NCBI GenBank assembly: GCA_965240325.2
Contig: OZ251249.1
Coordinates: 682,001-746,000 of the forward strand
Length of the DNA stretch: 64,000 bases
Direction: 5' to 3'
Origin: Rebecca billardiae RCC1528
Taxonomy: Eukaryota; Protista; Haptophyta
The notes under the pieces were generated by a model. That model did no database searches and was not told the origin of the DNA. It saw only the letters and a list, made by a program, of their open reading frames with translations. Shown piece after piece: positions 45,363 through 54,700 of the stretch. Position 1 is the first letter of the stretch. Each line of letters begins with the position of its first letter. The position numbers were made by a program, and so were the translations under genes.

Positions 45363-47492
45363 ATGAGGCCACGCGCGACACTCCTCGCGCTCGCGCTCGC
45401 GGTCACGCCGCCGCTCTGCGCGTGCTTCCAGTTTCTCATCGACGACGCGAGAACGCCCGAGCCAGATGTGGGCGCCCTGCTCGGCGCCGCCCGCCGCTGG
45501 TCCGCGCCCGAGAGCTTTGGTTCGGTGCGCGGCCTCGGCGGCGGTATCTCGTGGGCACTCGACCCCGCCTTCTGCGAGCAGATGCTGCCGGGGTTCTGGG
45601 AGGAGCAGCGGGCGGTGTACTGGGAGTTGCTCGATCTCTCCGCGCCCAACGGCCGAGCCGGCTGCGAGCAGCTCGTCGACGCCATCGAGCGCGCGATGGC
45701 GACCTGGTCGCTCAACCACCCACACGTCCAGTTCACGCCCGACGCGTCCGAGTGCGCGGGGCGGCGCGACTGCGAGACGACGGAGCTGTACATCACGCCG
45801 TTCACGGACTCTGATCGAGCCGGTGTCCTCCTGGAGGCGGTCGAGGGCATCGAGCGCCTCGCCTTCGCCATCGTCGACCGCTTCTCGCGCGAGCCGGCGC
45901 TCACGCTGCTGCCGTCGGGCAACGGCACGCGCGCCCGGACTGCCCGGGGCGTGCAGATGGAGAAGATGACGCTGCACTTCGACCAGGACGTGTGCTGGTA
46001 CCTCGACTCTGCGCAGTGCGCGCACCTCGTCGGCTGGCGCGCGAGGGACGCCGTCGGCCCGCTGATCACAACCCTCGCGCTGCTCGTGCTGTGCTGGTCG
46101 GTCGTCGGCCTGTGGCTCGCCCACGCGTGCGCGCGCGCGACCATCTCCGGGAAGGGCGGCAAGTACGGCGCGTTCGGGCTGGGCGCGCCGGACGAGGTGG
46201 AGCTCGCGCGGGCCGTGCTCAGCCCGCAGGAACGCGCCTTCCTCGCCCTCAGCCGCGTCCGCCCCGCGCGGCTCTCCGTCGCGCTGTGCGTGCTGCTCAG
46301 CTCGATGATTGTGTGGAGCCAGATGATCGTGCCCTGCCTGCGCTGCTACGACTTTGAGGCGACGGTCGCGCACGAGATCGGCCACGCGCTGGGCATCGCA
46401 CACTCGGACACGGCGCCGCAGATCGTGCTCACCTCCGACGCCGCACGCGCCGACGTCGCGTGCGGCCGCGCGCTCGACGGCGCGCTCGAGCTGACAGACA
46501 CCGTGCCGCCGCCTGCGCCAGGCCGCCGGCAGTCGCTCATGGGCTCGATGACGGCCTTCCCCGAGCGCACGTGCCTCAACCAGGACGACGTCGACGCGCT
46601 GCACGCGCTGTACCCGGACTGCGCGGAGGGCGTGGACCACACGCCCGTGTGCCCGCCGTGGCCGCGCCGCCCCGTCGGCCTGGAGCGCGCGCAGTCGCTG
46701 CTCCTGCTGCCCAACACGCTGTGCGTGGCCGCCGTCCTGGTCCTCACGGTGTGGCTGCGGCGCCGAGCCGAGAGGCTGCACGATCGCATCGAGCAGCAGC
46801 GGGACCTCGCGCCGTCGCCCTCGGGCGAGGAGACCCGGCGGCTGTCCGACCCCGAGCTGGACATCGAGGGCATGGCGGACGGCAAGCCCGACGGCGCGCA
46901 CCGCGTGGGCGGCGCGGCCGGGGCGCCGCACGGCGAGGGCGAGGGCGGCTGGCTCGGCTGGCTCAGCGACACGACGACCGCAGCGGGCGTCATGCTGCAA
47001 TCCTGGTGGCCGGCCGGCGCGAGCGCGACGCCCGACGGCCCGAGTGGCGAGGGCGGGGGTGGGCTACCCGACAGCCCGCGCGGCGGCGGCGGTACGGCGC
47101 GCGGGCCTGCGCGCGGCCGCCCTGCCGCCGCCGGCGGCAGCAGCAGCACGTGGTGGGTGCCGCGCTTGGGCGGGCGCAAGCACTCGCCCGCCCCGATCGA
47201 CCCGAAGACGGGCAAGCCAATGGGCGCGCCGTACATGCGGCACGTCCCGTCCTCGTCCGCGCTCAGCACCGCGTCGTACGACGAGACAGATGACTCCTTC
47301 TCCGTCGCCTCCCCGCAGCAGACCGACCCGCTCCGCCCGGCCTCGCTGATCTTCGGGGCGGAGGCGCCGTTGCCGGCCGAGCGCCGAGTGATCGACCGCG
47401 TGCGGCCGAGCCCGCTCGGCGGCGGGCCTGGCGGCGGCCGTGCCAGCAGCCGTGGCAGCGCTGGGAGCGGCAGCAGCGGCAAGCGCACGTGA
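45363..47492 (+). CDS. Membrane-anchored matrixin-like (M10, metzincin) metalloprotease, intronless
   Basis: Signal peptide, AMATWS...VQF, HFDQDVCW, HEIGHALGIAHS, Met-turn SLMGS, LNQDDVDALHALY, C-terminal TM and a low-complexity tail. Confidence 0.88.
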   Translation: MRPRATLLALALAVTPPLCACFQFLIDDARTPEPDVGALLGAARRWSAPESFGSVRGLGGGISWALDPAFCEQMLPGFWEEQRAVYWELLDLSAPNGRAGCEQLVDAIERAMATWSLNHPHVQFTPDASECAGRRDCETTELYITPFTDSDRAGVLLEAVEGIERLAFAIVDRFSREPALTLLPSGNGTRARTARGVQMEKMTLHFDQDVCWYLDSAQCAHLVGWRARDAVGPLITTLALLVLCWSVVGLWLAHACARATISGKGGKYGAFGLGAPDEVELARAVLSPQERAFLALSRVRPARLSVALCVLLSSMIVWSQMIVPCLRCYDFEATVAHEIGHALGIAHSDTAPQIVLTSDAARADVACGRALDGALELTDTVPPPAPGRRQSLMGSMTAFPERTCLNQDDVDALHALYPDCAEGVDHTPVCPPWPRRPVGLERAQSLLLLPNTLCVAAVLVLTVWLRRRAERLHDRIEQQRDLAPSPSGEETRRLSDPELDIEGMADGKPDGAHRVGGAAGAPHGEGEGGWLGWLSDTTTAAGVMLQSWWPAGASATPDGPSGEGGGGLPDSPRGGGGTARGPARGRPAAAGGSSSTWWVPRLGGRKHSPAPIDPKTGKPMGAPYMRHVPSSSALSTASYDETDDSFSVASPQQTDPLRPASLIFGAEAPLPAERRVIDRVRPSPLGGGPGGGRASSRGSAGSGSSGKRT

Positions 47493-47715
47493 CGAGCAAC
47501 CGTCCGGGAGGCCGCAGGGCGTGCTGAAAAAATCGACGACCATCACGGTCGACTCGACCGGCCCATCTGCACCGCTCACTCCTCAGCGCGGACACGGGCC
47601 GGCTCGTGACGATGAGCGTAGTATATATATATATATAGGCCGCGCATGCATATGTCATCATCATTTTACTACTACGCTGTTTTTTGGGGGGCGGTGGCTT
47701 GGTCAGCGTGACACG

Positions 47716-49884
47716 TCACCGCCCGCCCGCCACGTCGCTCAGCCGGTCGAGCGCGCGCCAGTGCTCCAGGGGCCCCACCAGCGCATTCGCCGCGCTCGCG
47801 CCGTTGAGGGCGACGGCCGGCACGCCGATGCCGGGGAACACGCCGTCGCCGCAGAGCAACAGGCTGCCGCCCGCGGCGCCGGGCACGGCGCCGCTGGGCA
47901 GCAGGTCCTCAACCGCCGCGCCGTACGTGCCCCTCGGCCGTCGGTTCCAGAAGGCGTGCGTCAGCGGGCTGCCGACGTGCGCGGCGCGCGCGCGCTCGCG
48001 CGCGTCTGGGATCACCCTCTCAACTGCCGCCCACAGCCGGCGCGCACGCTCCTCCTTGCGCGCCGCGTAGCCCGGTGCGCGGCGGTACGCGCCGCGCGCG
48101 CGCGCGGAGTCGGCCGCGGGCGCGCTGGCGTCGGCAGGGCCGCCTGTTGGCGCCGCCAGGTCCTCCCAGGCCTCGAACGGCTCATTGCCTGCAGCGGCGA
48201 ATACGCAGCCGCACACACGCATACACATACAATATAATAGTAATGGAACCAATGAAATCGGACGCGCCGCCAAAGCATCATCGGAGGATGATGGATCGCG
48301 CGGTGGCGGGGCGGGATGCGCGGCGGGAGTGTGAGGGGCGCCGCCGACGCCGCACGCACACGCGCGCCCCGGCGCCACGCCAGCGAGCGCGCGCGCACGC
48401 GCTGCTGCCGCACCTGCCCCATACGCGTGCACCACGAGCGTCTCCCCACGCGCACCCTGCCTCAGCTCGGGAGCCAGCACGCCAGGGTTGGACAGGGCGA
48501 CCATGTTGAGCTCGGCGCACGGGTCCGCGGAGGTGAGGCCGTCGAGCATGATGGTGTAGTGCGGGCGCAGCGCGGCGAGGTCGAGCGGCGTCGGCCGCTG
48601 CGTGTCCAGGCCCACGTGCAGGTGCAGGAACGAGCGGGTCATCTCCGCGCGACCGGCCGCGGCTGCAAACTCGCGCACGGCAGCCGGCGCAGGCGCCGCT
48701 CCGGCCGAGCCGCCGCCGCCGCCCGCCGCGCCGGCGTCGCTGCGCAGGAGCGAGGCGAGCGACCAGACGGGCGCGTTGCAGATGACGCCGCGCGCCGCGC
48801 GCACGCGCCGGCCGCTCGCCAGCGTCACGCCGCACGCGCGCCCGGACCCGTCAAAGTCGATGGCGGCGACGCGCGCGCGCGTGACGACACGACTGCCCGT
48901 TACCCGGAGCCCGCCAAGGGCCGCGCCCGTGCGCGCGTCCGCGGCGCTGCCGTCGACCGCGGCGGCGAGCGCGGCGGCGATCGAGCCGAAGCCGCCCTTG
49001 GGGTAGTCCAGCGAGACGCCGTCGCGATGCAGGTCCGCGAGCACCGCCGCCATCGCCGCGGCCGGAGTCCGGGCGGCGGGGAGTCCGGAGAGGGAGAAGG
49101 CCAGCGCGTCGAGCCACGCGCGCAGCCACTGGTCCGTGATTAAACACGCCGGACCGTCGAGGTACGGCGCGAACGGGCCGGTGGCGGCCTCGGCGCCCTG
49201 CGAGAGCAGCGTGAAGAGCGCGCCCGCGTGCCGCAGTAGCGGCAGCAACGACCAGCCGTCCGCGCGCATCGCCAGCGCGGGGATGAGCGCGCCGGCGGCC
49301 AGCGGCGCCGTGGCCTCGCGCAGCGCCGTAAACTCCGCCTGCGCGTTGGGCCCGCCGAAGCGGCGCAGCGGGCCGGCCTCGAAGACGCCCGCGCCGAGGC
49401 GGAGGTCCCACGCGCCGTTCGTCTCGGGCGCCTCCGCCTCGGGCACGACCATCCCCCAGCCGTCGTACGGCGCCCACTCGACCGCGCGCGCCACGCCCGC
49501 CGCGGCCAGGACCTGAGCCAGGGGGTTGTCGCCGCTCGAGCAGCCGAGCACGATCGTGGGGCCAGCGTCGAAGGTGAGCCCATCGAGCTCGAAGTCGTGG
49601 GCGACGCCGCCCACCGCGTAGTGCTCCTCGAGCACGCACACCTTCCGCCCGTACACCTGCGTGAGCACCGCCGCGGCCGCGAGGCCGCCGATGCCCGCGC
49701 CGATGACGACAACGTCGAACGCATCTGCTTCGTCGCCGTCGGTGGTGGCGGCGGCGAGTGGCGCCGCGCGCGGCGGAGAGATGCCCGTGCGTGGCGCGAG
49801 CGCGCGCGGCACGAGCGTGCCACGCGAGCGCGGCTGGGGCGCGAGCGCGCAGGCGCACAGGGCGATGATGCTCGTCGCGCCCAT
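47716..49884 (-). CDS. CRTISO-like carotenoid isomerase / FAD oxidoreductase, probably plastid-targeted; exons 48414-49884, 47716-48188; ~647 aa
   Basis: DVVVIGAGIGGL Rossmann motif, FDAGPT, YPKGGFGSI, SFLHLHVG, GSPLTH, GTYG, LLCGDGVFPGIGVPAVA. GT-AG intron 48189-48413 splits AG|NEP. The N-terminus looks like a signal plus transit peptide. Confidence 0.9.
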   Translation of the reverse strand: MGATSIIALCACALAPQPRSRGTLVPRALAPRTGISPPRAAPLAAATTDGDEADAFDVVVIGAGIGGLAAAAVLTQVYGRKVCVLEEHYAVGGVAHDFELDGLTFDAGPTIVLGCSSGDNPLAQVLAAAGVARAVEWAPYDGWGMVVPEAEAPETNGAWDLRLGAGVFEAGPLRRFGGPNAQAEFTALREATAPLAAGALIPALAMRADGWSLLPLLRHAGALFTLLSQGAEAATGPFAPYLDGPACLITDQWLRAWLDALAFSLSGLPAARTPAAAMAAVLADLHRDGVSLDYPKGGFGSIAAALAAAVDGSAADARTGAALGGLRVTGSRVVTRARVAAIDFDGSGRACGVTLASGRRVRAARGVICNAPVWSLASLLRSDAGAAGGGGGSAGAAPAPAAVREFAAAAGRAEMTRSFLHLHVGLDTQRPTPLDLAALRPHYTIMLDGLTSADPCAELNMVALSNPGVLAPELRQGARGETLVVHAYGAGAAAARARALAGVAPGRACACGVGGAPHTPAAHPAPPPRDPSSSDDALAARPISLVPLLLYCMCMRVCGCVFAAAGNEPFEAWEDLAAPTGGPADASAPAADSARARGAYRRAPGYAARKEERARRLWAAVERVIPDARERARAAHVGSPLTHAFWNRRPRGTYGAAVEDLLPSGAVPGAAGGSLLLCGDGVFPGIGVPAVALNGASAANALVGPLEHWRALDRLSDVAGGR

Positions 49885-49976
49885 CGCCGATGGCCGTCAC
49901 GGTCGGTGAAGTCCTGTGCATCCGGATTCCGGACCGCCTGGACCGACCGTCCCTGCACGCATCGGTGCGCATCAGC

Positions 49977-51236
49977 ATGCTGGAATTGCTGCCGTCGGTG
50001 CGCGTCACGTTCTTGCTCACGACGTCGGCATCGACGCGCGAGCAGGCCCTCGAGATCGGGCTCCTTGCGTTATGTAGCCTCCTGCTCCTCCGCCTCGAGT
50101 ACCTGCTCCGCGCCCTCTCCTCGCGCCTCTCCGAGCTGAGCGCGGGGCTGAGTCAGCTTGACAGGCCAGGGCAGCGGCGCGCGCGCGCCGCGCGCACGCG
50201 CGGCGCGGCCGACAAGCCTGACGTGGGCGAGCAGCTCGAGCTAGCGGAGGTGGAGCACACGGTGACCGCCGCCGAGGCGCTGCTGCCGCAGCTCCTCCGC
50301 GTCCCCGGCCTCACGCCCGAGCAGTCCGCGGCGCGCGACGCGCTCCGCGCGCACGCGGCAGCACTGCCAGAGTTGGAGGGATGCGAGGTCCTGCGCGCGC
50401 ACTTTGACGACGCGTGCCTCGCGCGGTACGTGCTCGCGCGCGTGAGCGGCGCGCGTCGCCTCCCGAATCTCAGCGCCTCGCTCAAGATGGTCCGCTCCAC
50501 CGCCGCGTGGCGCGCGGCCCTTCGGCCGCACGAGCTGAGCTGCGAGGAGGTGGTGCCACACGCGGCGTGCGGCAAGTGCTACGTGGGCGGGATCGACGTG
50601 CACGGCCGGCCGGTGATCGTGCTGGACAACGACAAGGAGAACCTGCCCGCCGAGCACGACGGGCAGATGCGCCACCTCGCCTTCAACCTCGAGTACGCCA
50701 CGCGGCTGCTCGGCTCGCAGGCCGCGCGCGCCGGCGCGGGCGGGCGCGGCGCCACCCGATTTCTCGTCTTTGTCAAGCTGGGCGATTTCAAACTGTCGTC
50801 GTGCCCGCCGATGCACACGACGCTCGCGACGGTGCAGATGGTGTGCGACCACTTCCCCGAACGGCTCGGGCAGTGCGTGCTGTACCAGCCGCCCTCCGCC
50901 TTTGTCGCGCTCTGGGCGGTCGCGCGGCGCGTGCTCACTCAGGAGACGCTTGAGAAGATCACGTTTGTCCACGGGGACGCCAGCCCGGGCTCCGAGCACG
51001 ACGAGATGCTCTGCGCGGCGATCGGGCCGCGCTGGCGCGAGCTCACGGGCGCGGACCAGCCGTACCTCAAGCCGGGCTGCTCGAGCGGCTACGGCTTCGA
51101 GTACTACTGGCGCTGCGTGCAGGCGGACGAGAAGCGATGGCGGGCGGGCGAGACTCCGCTGGGGCCGAGCTGGCCGCACCGCGCAGCGCCGACCGAGTCC
51201 TCGCCGGCTGCGCCGGCGCCGACGTCACTCCCCTGA
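49977..51236 (+). CDS. CRAL-TRIO/Sec14-like lipid-binding protein with an N-terminal hydrophobic segment (in-frame upstream ATG at 49890)
   Basis: DDACLARYVLAR, TAAWRA, GIDVHGRPVIV, CDHFPERLG, PPSAFVALW, TLEKITFV. Confidence 0.88.
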   Translation: MLELLPSVRVTFLLTTSASTREQALEIGLLALCSLLLLRLEYLLRALSSRLSELSAGLSQLDRPGQRRARAARTRGAADKPDVGEQLELAEVEHTVTAAEALLPQLLRVPGLTPEQSAARDALRAHAAALPELEGCEVLRAHFDDACLARYVLARVSGARRLPNLSASLKMVRSTAAWRAALRPHELSCEEVVPHAACGKCYVGGIDVHGRPVIVLDNDKENLPAEHDGQMRHLAFNLEYATRLLGSQAARAGAGGRGATRFLVFVKLGDFKLSSCPPMHTTLATVQMVCDHFPERLGQCVLYQPPSAFVALWAVARRVLTQETLEKITFVHGDASPGSEHDEMLCAAIGPRWRELTGADQPYLKPGCSSGYGFEYYWRCVQADEKRWRAGETPLGPSWPHRAAPTESSPAAPAPTSLP

Positions 51237-51783
51237 TCACATCGGGCGGCGCCGTCCGTCGGGCGTCGGCGCGGCGAGTGCCTGCTCGGATGATGACGAA
51301 GCATCATGGCGCCGACGACGATGATGATGATACGACGACGATGCTGATCGATATCATCGATCTGCTATGCTATATCGTCAAGCATATCATCATATATATA
51401 TATATAATTCATATCACTTTATTGTGAGTTTGTCAGCATCCAATATGCGCGCTGCTGATGACGCCGACGCAACGCCGGCGGATATGCCGCCTGATGATAT
51501 GCTGCGCGATATGACGATGATGTACCGTCGTCGTATGTGACAATGGCATGACGGTGACTATAGCATTCCCTGAGCAGCGCGCCCCGGCACTTCTGAGCTC
51601 GACGGCAGTCATGAAGAGACGCACTAGAGAGTAGAGTGCGGTGCCGTCCGAGCGCCAGACGCGACGGGGGCGATATAAATAAGCTTCCGGACGGCGCCGC
51701 CCATCGGCATCACTGCGCACGCAATGCCCGCGTCGCGCGCACGCTCCGGCTGTGAGAGCTGCGCGCACTGCTCGTGGCGCGGG

Positions 51784-53904
51784 TCAGGTGAGGTCGATGG
51801 GCGAGGAGGGCGTCGGGGAGACCTGCGGGCGAGGTGGCAGCGCGGCGTGCTCGGCGGGCGCGCGCCGGGCTGCGGCGGCGCGCGCGTCCGGCGGCCCGTC
51901 CGGCGCGCTCGCGAGCACCGGCCGATCGGGCGAGCAGCCACCTGGCGCCGGCGCGAGCGGCGGCGACGAGGGGCCGGAGAGGGGCGTCGTCACCTGCACG
52001 CCGTCCACGTCCACCGCGGCGGCGGCGGCAGCAGCAGCGGAGGCGGTGGCGGCGGCGGCGCGGCCGGCGGTGGCGGCGGTGGGCGCCTCATCCGCCAGGC
52101 CGCCGGCACTGGGCCCGTCGTCGTCGGCGGTCAGGTCGATATTGTCCGGCTCGCCCGCGCCGTCCGCGTGCTGCCGCCGCTGCCGCCGCCGCCGAGCGCG
52201 CCGCTCCTCCGCCGCCGACGCGTCCGCGCCCTCCTCATGCGCGCCGTCGTCGCCCTTGTCGGCGGCGCGCGGCCGCGCGGGCGAGGGCAAGTTGACACGC
52301 TTACTCGGCTGCCTGAGCGGGTTGCGTCCGCACGGAGTCCGGGCGGAGTCCGGGTCGTCGGCGTCGAGCTCGATCACCTCCGGAGGCGCGCGCGGCGGCA
52401 TCGCGCCGCCCGCACGCGCGCGCCCGCCTCGGCCGCCGCCGTGCGCGCCGCTCGGCGGCCGCGCCACCCCGTGCCGCCCGCGCCCACGGGCGCGGCCCGC
52501 GCCGCGCGCCGCGCCGCGTGCGCCGCCGCGCCCCGCGCCAGGCCCGCGCCCGTGCGCGTGCGCCGGCGGCTGGCCGTTGCTGAAGAGAGGCCCGGCCGCG
52601 ACGTGTTGCATCATCTCTGGCCACGGCTGGAAGGCTGAATGCATCTGAGCGCTCGAGGGCGGCGGCCCGCCCCACGGTGGAGGCGCGTGCGCGCCGCCGT
52701 CCGCGCCAGGCGCATGCGGCGGCGGTGGCGGTGGCGGCCAGGGCGGTCCGCCGCGTGTGCCGTCGAAGCCCTCGAAGCGCGCCCACTGCGGCGGCGCGTG
52801 CTCGGCAGAACCGGCGCAGCTGCCGCCGCCGTGCGCTGGCGGCTGTGGCGGCGGCGGCGCTGGCGGAGGCGGCGGCCCCGACGAGCCGTTCTGAAAGAAG
52901 CGAGACTCCGCGCGCGCCGCGCCGGCGTCGGGCGGCGCGCGCTGCTTGCGCCGCGCGCCGTGCCGCTCACGCTGTGCCTGCGCCAGCAGAGTTTCCTCCA
53001 GGGAGGCTCGGTAGCCCCAGCCGCACGAGGGGCAGGTGGCCTGGAGCTGGTCACTCAGGGACAGGCCCGCGGGGACGTCGACGGGGTACTCGCCGCCGCA
53101 GCCGTCGCAGAAAATGCGCGTGGGCGGCGCCGAGTGCTCCGCCGGCGCCGGCCGCCGCTGCTGGGGCACGGCGCCGGCCGCGGCCGCGGCCGCGGCCTGC
53201 GCCCGTGCGTGCGCGCGCCGGGCCTGCGCGCCTGACACGGCTTCGCGCAAGCTGGCGTGCGACTCCCACGGGCATTCGACGCACTTGAAGCGGCACGGCA
53301 GGTCCGGCGCGACGCCCGCCGGGAATTGCACGTAGAAGCGGCGACCGCACTGCTCGCACAGAATGGGCGCCGGGTCTGGCTGCAGCGGCGGCCGCGGCCG
53401 CGGCGGCGGCTGCGGCGGGGCCGCGGGCGGCTGGGCGCCGGGCGGCGCGGGCGGCACCGGCGGTGGCGCGCCCTCGGGCCGCCCCTGCCCCGCCGTCAAG
53501 ACCAGCCGGTCCACCGCGGTCCGCAGCGCCTGGAACGCGCGCGCGGCGCACGGCAGCGAGTTCTTATCAGGGTGGACGCGGAGTGCGGCCTTCTTGAACG
53601 CAGAGCGTAGCTCGGACGCGGAGGCGCCCAGCCCGAGCCCGAGCACGCCGAGGTACGCCGCGTCCCCGGTCACACGCCCGCCCGTGAGGATCGCCTCGAT
53701 CGGCTCGAGCTGCGTGAGCGCGCTCGAGACGCAGGGCAGGCCGGGCGCCATGCGCCGGGCCTTCTGGAGAAGCGCGCGCGCGCGGCCGAGGTCGGGCGCG
53801 TCGCCGGCGAGCGCGTCGAGGGCGAGGTCGTGCACGCGGCGCGCCTCGTCCGCGTTCGCGGAGACGCGCGCGTCCGCCTCGCCGCAGTCGGGCTGCGTGT
53901 TCAT
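51784..53904 (-). CDS. J-domain (DnaJ) protein with two CxxC...CxxC zinc-ribbon repeats and a Pro-rich, SIM-containing tail
   Basis: YLGVLGL...FKKAALRVHPDKN...AFQAL; CEQC...CVEC and CDGC...CPSC. First ATG at 53904, while the ORF track starts at an upstream non-ATG codon. Confidence 0.87.
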   Translation of the reverse strand: MNTQPDCGEADARVSANADEARRVHDLALDALAGDAPDLGRARALLQKARRMAPGLPCVSSALTQLEPIEAILTGGRVTGDAAYLGVLGLGLGASASELRSAFKKAALRVHPDKNSLPCAARAFQALRTAVDRLVLTAGQGRPEGAPPPVPPAPPGAQPPAAPPQPPPRPRPPLQPDPAPILCEQCGRRFYVQFPAGVAPDLPCRFKCVECPWESHASLREAVSGAQARRAHARAQAAAAAAAGAVPQQRRPAPAEHSAPPTRIFCDGCGGEYPVDVPAGLSLSDQLQATCPSCGWGYRASLEETLLAQAQRERHGARRKQRAPPDAGAARAESRFFQNGSSGPPPPPAPPPPQPPAHGGGSCAGSAEHAPPQWARFEGFDGTRGGPPWPPPPPPPHAPGADGGAHAPPPWGGPPPSSAQMHSAFQPWPEMMQHVAAGPLFSNGQPPAHAHGRGPGAGRGGARGAARGAGRARGRGRHGVARPPSGAHGGGRGGRARAGGAMPPRAPPEVIELDADDPDSARTPCGRNPLRQPSKRVNLPSPARPRAADKGDDGAHEEGADASAAEERRARRRRQRRQHADGAGEPDNIDLTADDDGPSAGGLADEAPTAATAGRAAAATASAAAAAAAAVDVDGVQVTTPLSGPSSPPLAPAPGGCSPDRPVLASAPDGPPDARAAAARRAPAEHAALPPRPQVSPTPSSPIDLT

Positions 53905-54700
53905 CCCGTCGTCGTGCTGTGGCGGAGCTGCATTGCCCGCGCCCTGCCGCTGGGGCCGACGCTTTGCCCGCCACTCTGAACTCGAAGTGGCGCAGCGGCC
54001 GAGCACCAGCCGCCAGTGCGCCACTTGGTCATCTCTGAGCCTTGTCTGAGCAAGCGCTCCGGGACGCGCACTCGTTTTCAGTTTATCTCCCGGACGCGTT
54101 TGTGCGGATCAACTGTCATCCGTAGACCGTACAGCTTATCTAGCTCGATTCCTCCTGCCAGAGTCCCGGGTGGCCCGGACTCGGCGTCGTCGGCGTGCCG
54201 GACCGTGGGCTCGGAGAGTCCCGACTTCAGGGAGGCCGCGATCGGGTAGCCTGGGCCAAGGGAGATAGCCTTACGGCGGAACTGACCGAGCAGCAGGTTC
54301 CGCGGCGTGACTCCGCGCATGAGCCGTGACGGCGTGAGCGGACTGACAGCGGTGAGTGAGCCAGTGATTCAGGCGACCGCGGCGTCACGCGCAGCGGCCT
54401 CCGGATAGATGCTGAGTGCCACGCCTCTCACGCAGAGCAGTAGCGCGCGGCTGCAGCGTGTGTGCGCCGCGCGGGATCGACCAGTCAGACCAGCGGAAGG
54501 TGTCTGGTCGCTGCCCATAGCTCGATCCGAACAATGCTGCAGCCGAGCGCGTTGCTGAGCCGAGAAGGAAGCCTCGGCCTCGGCCGCCTGGCCACGAGCA
54601 GGCGGCGCACGCCCGAGTCGAGCACACGTGGGCGACGCGGCCTGCCCCAGCACGGCGACTCGTCGGTGGCCACCGCCGCCAAGGCCACGGCCCGCGCGCG

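Noticed and set aside
54078-54688. Small minus-strand ORFs between the J-protein and RING-CH genes
   Set aside because: Short, no motifs, and no convincing splice path into the J-protein.
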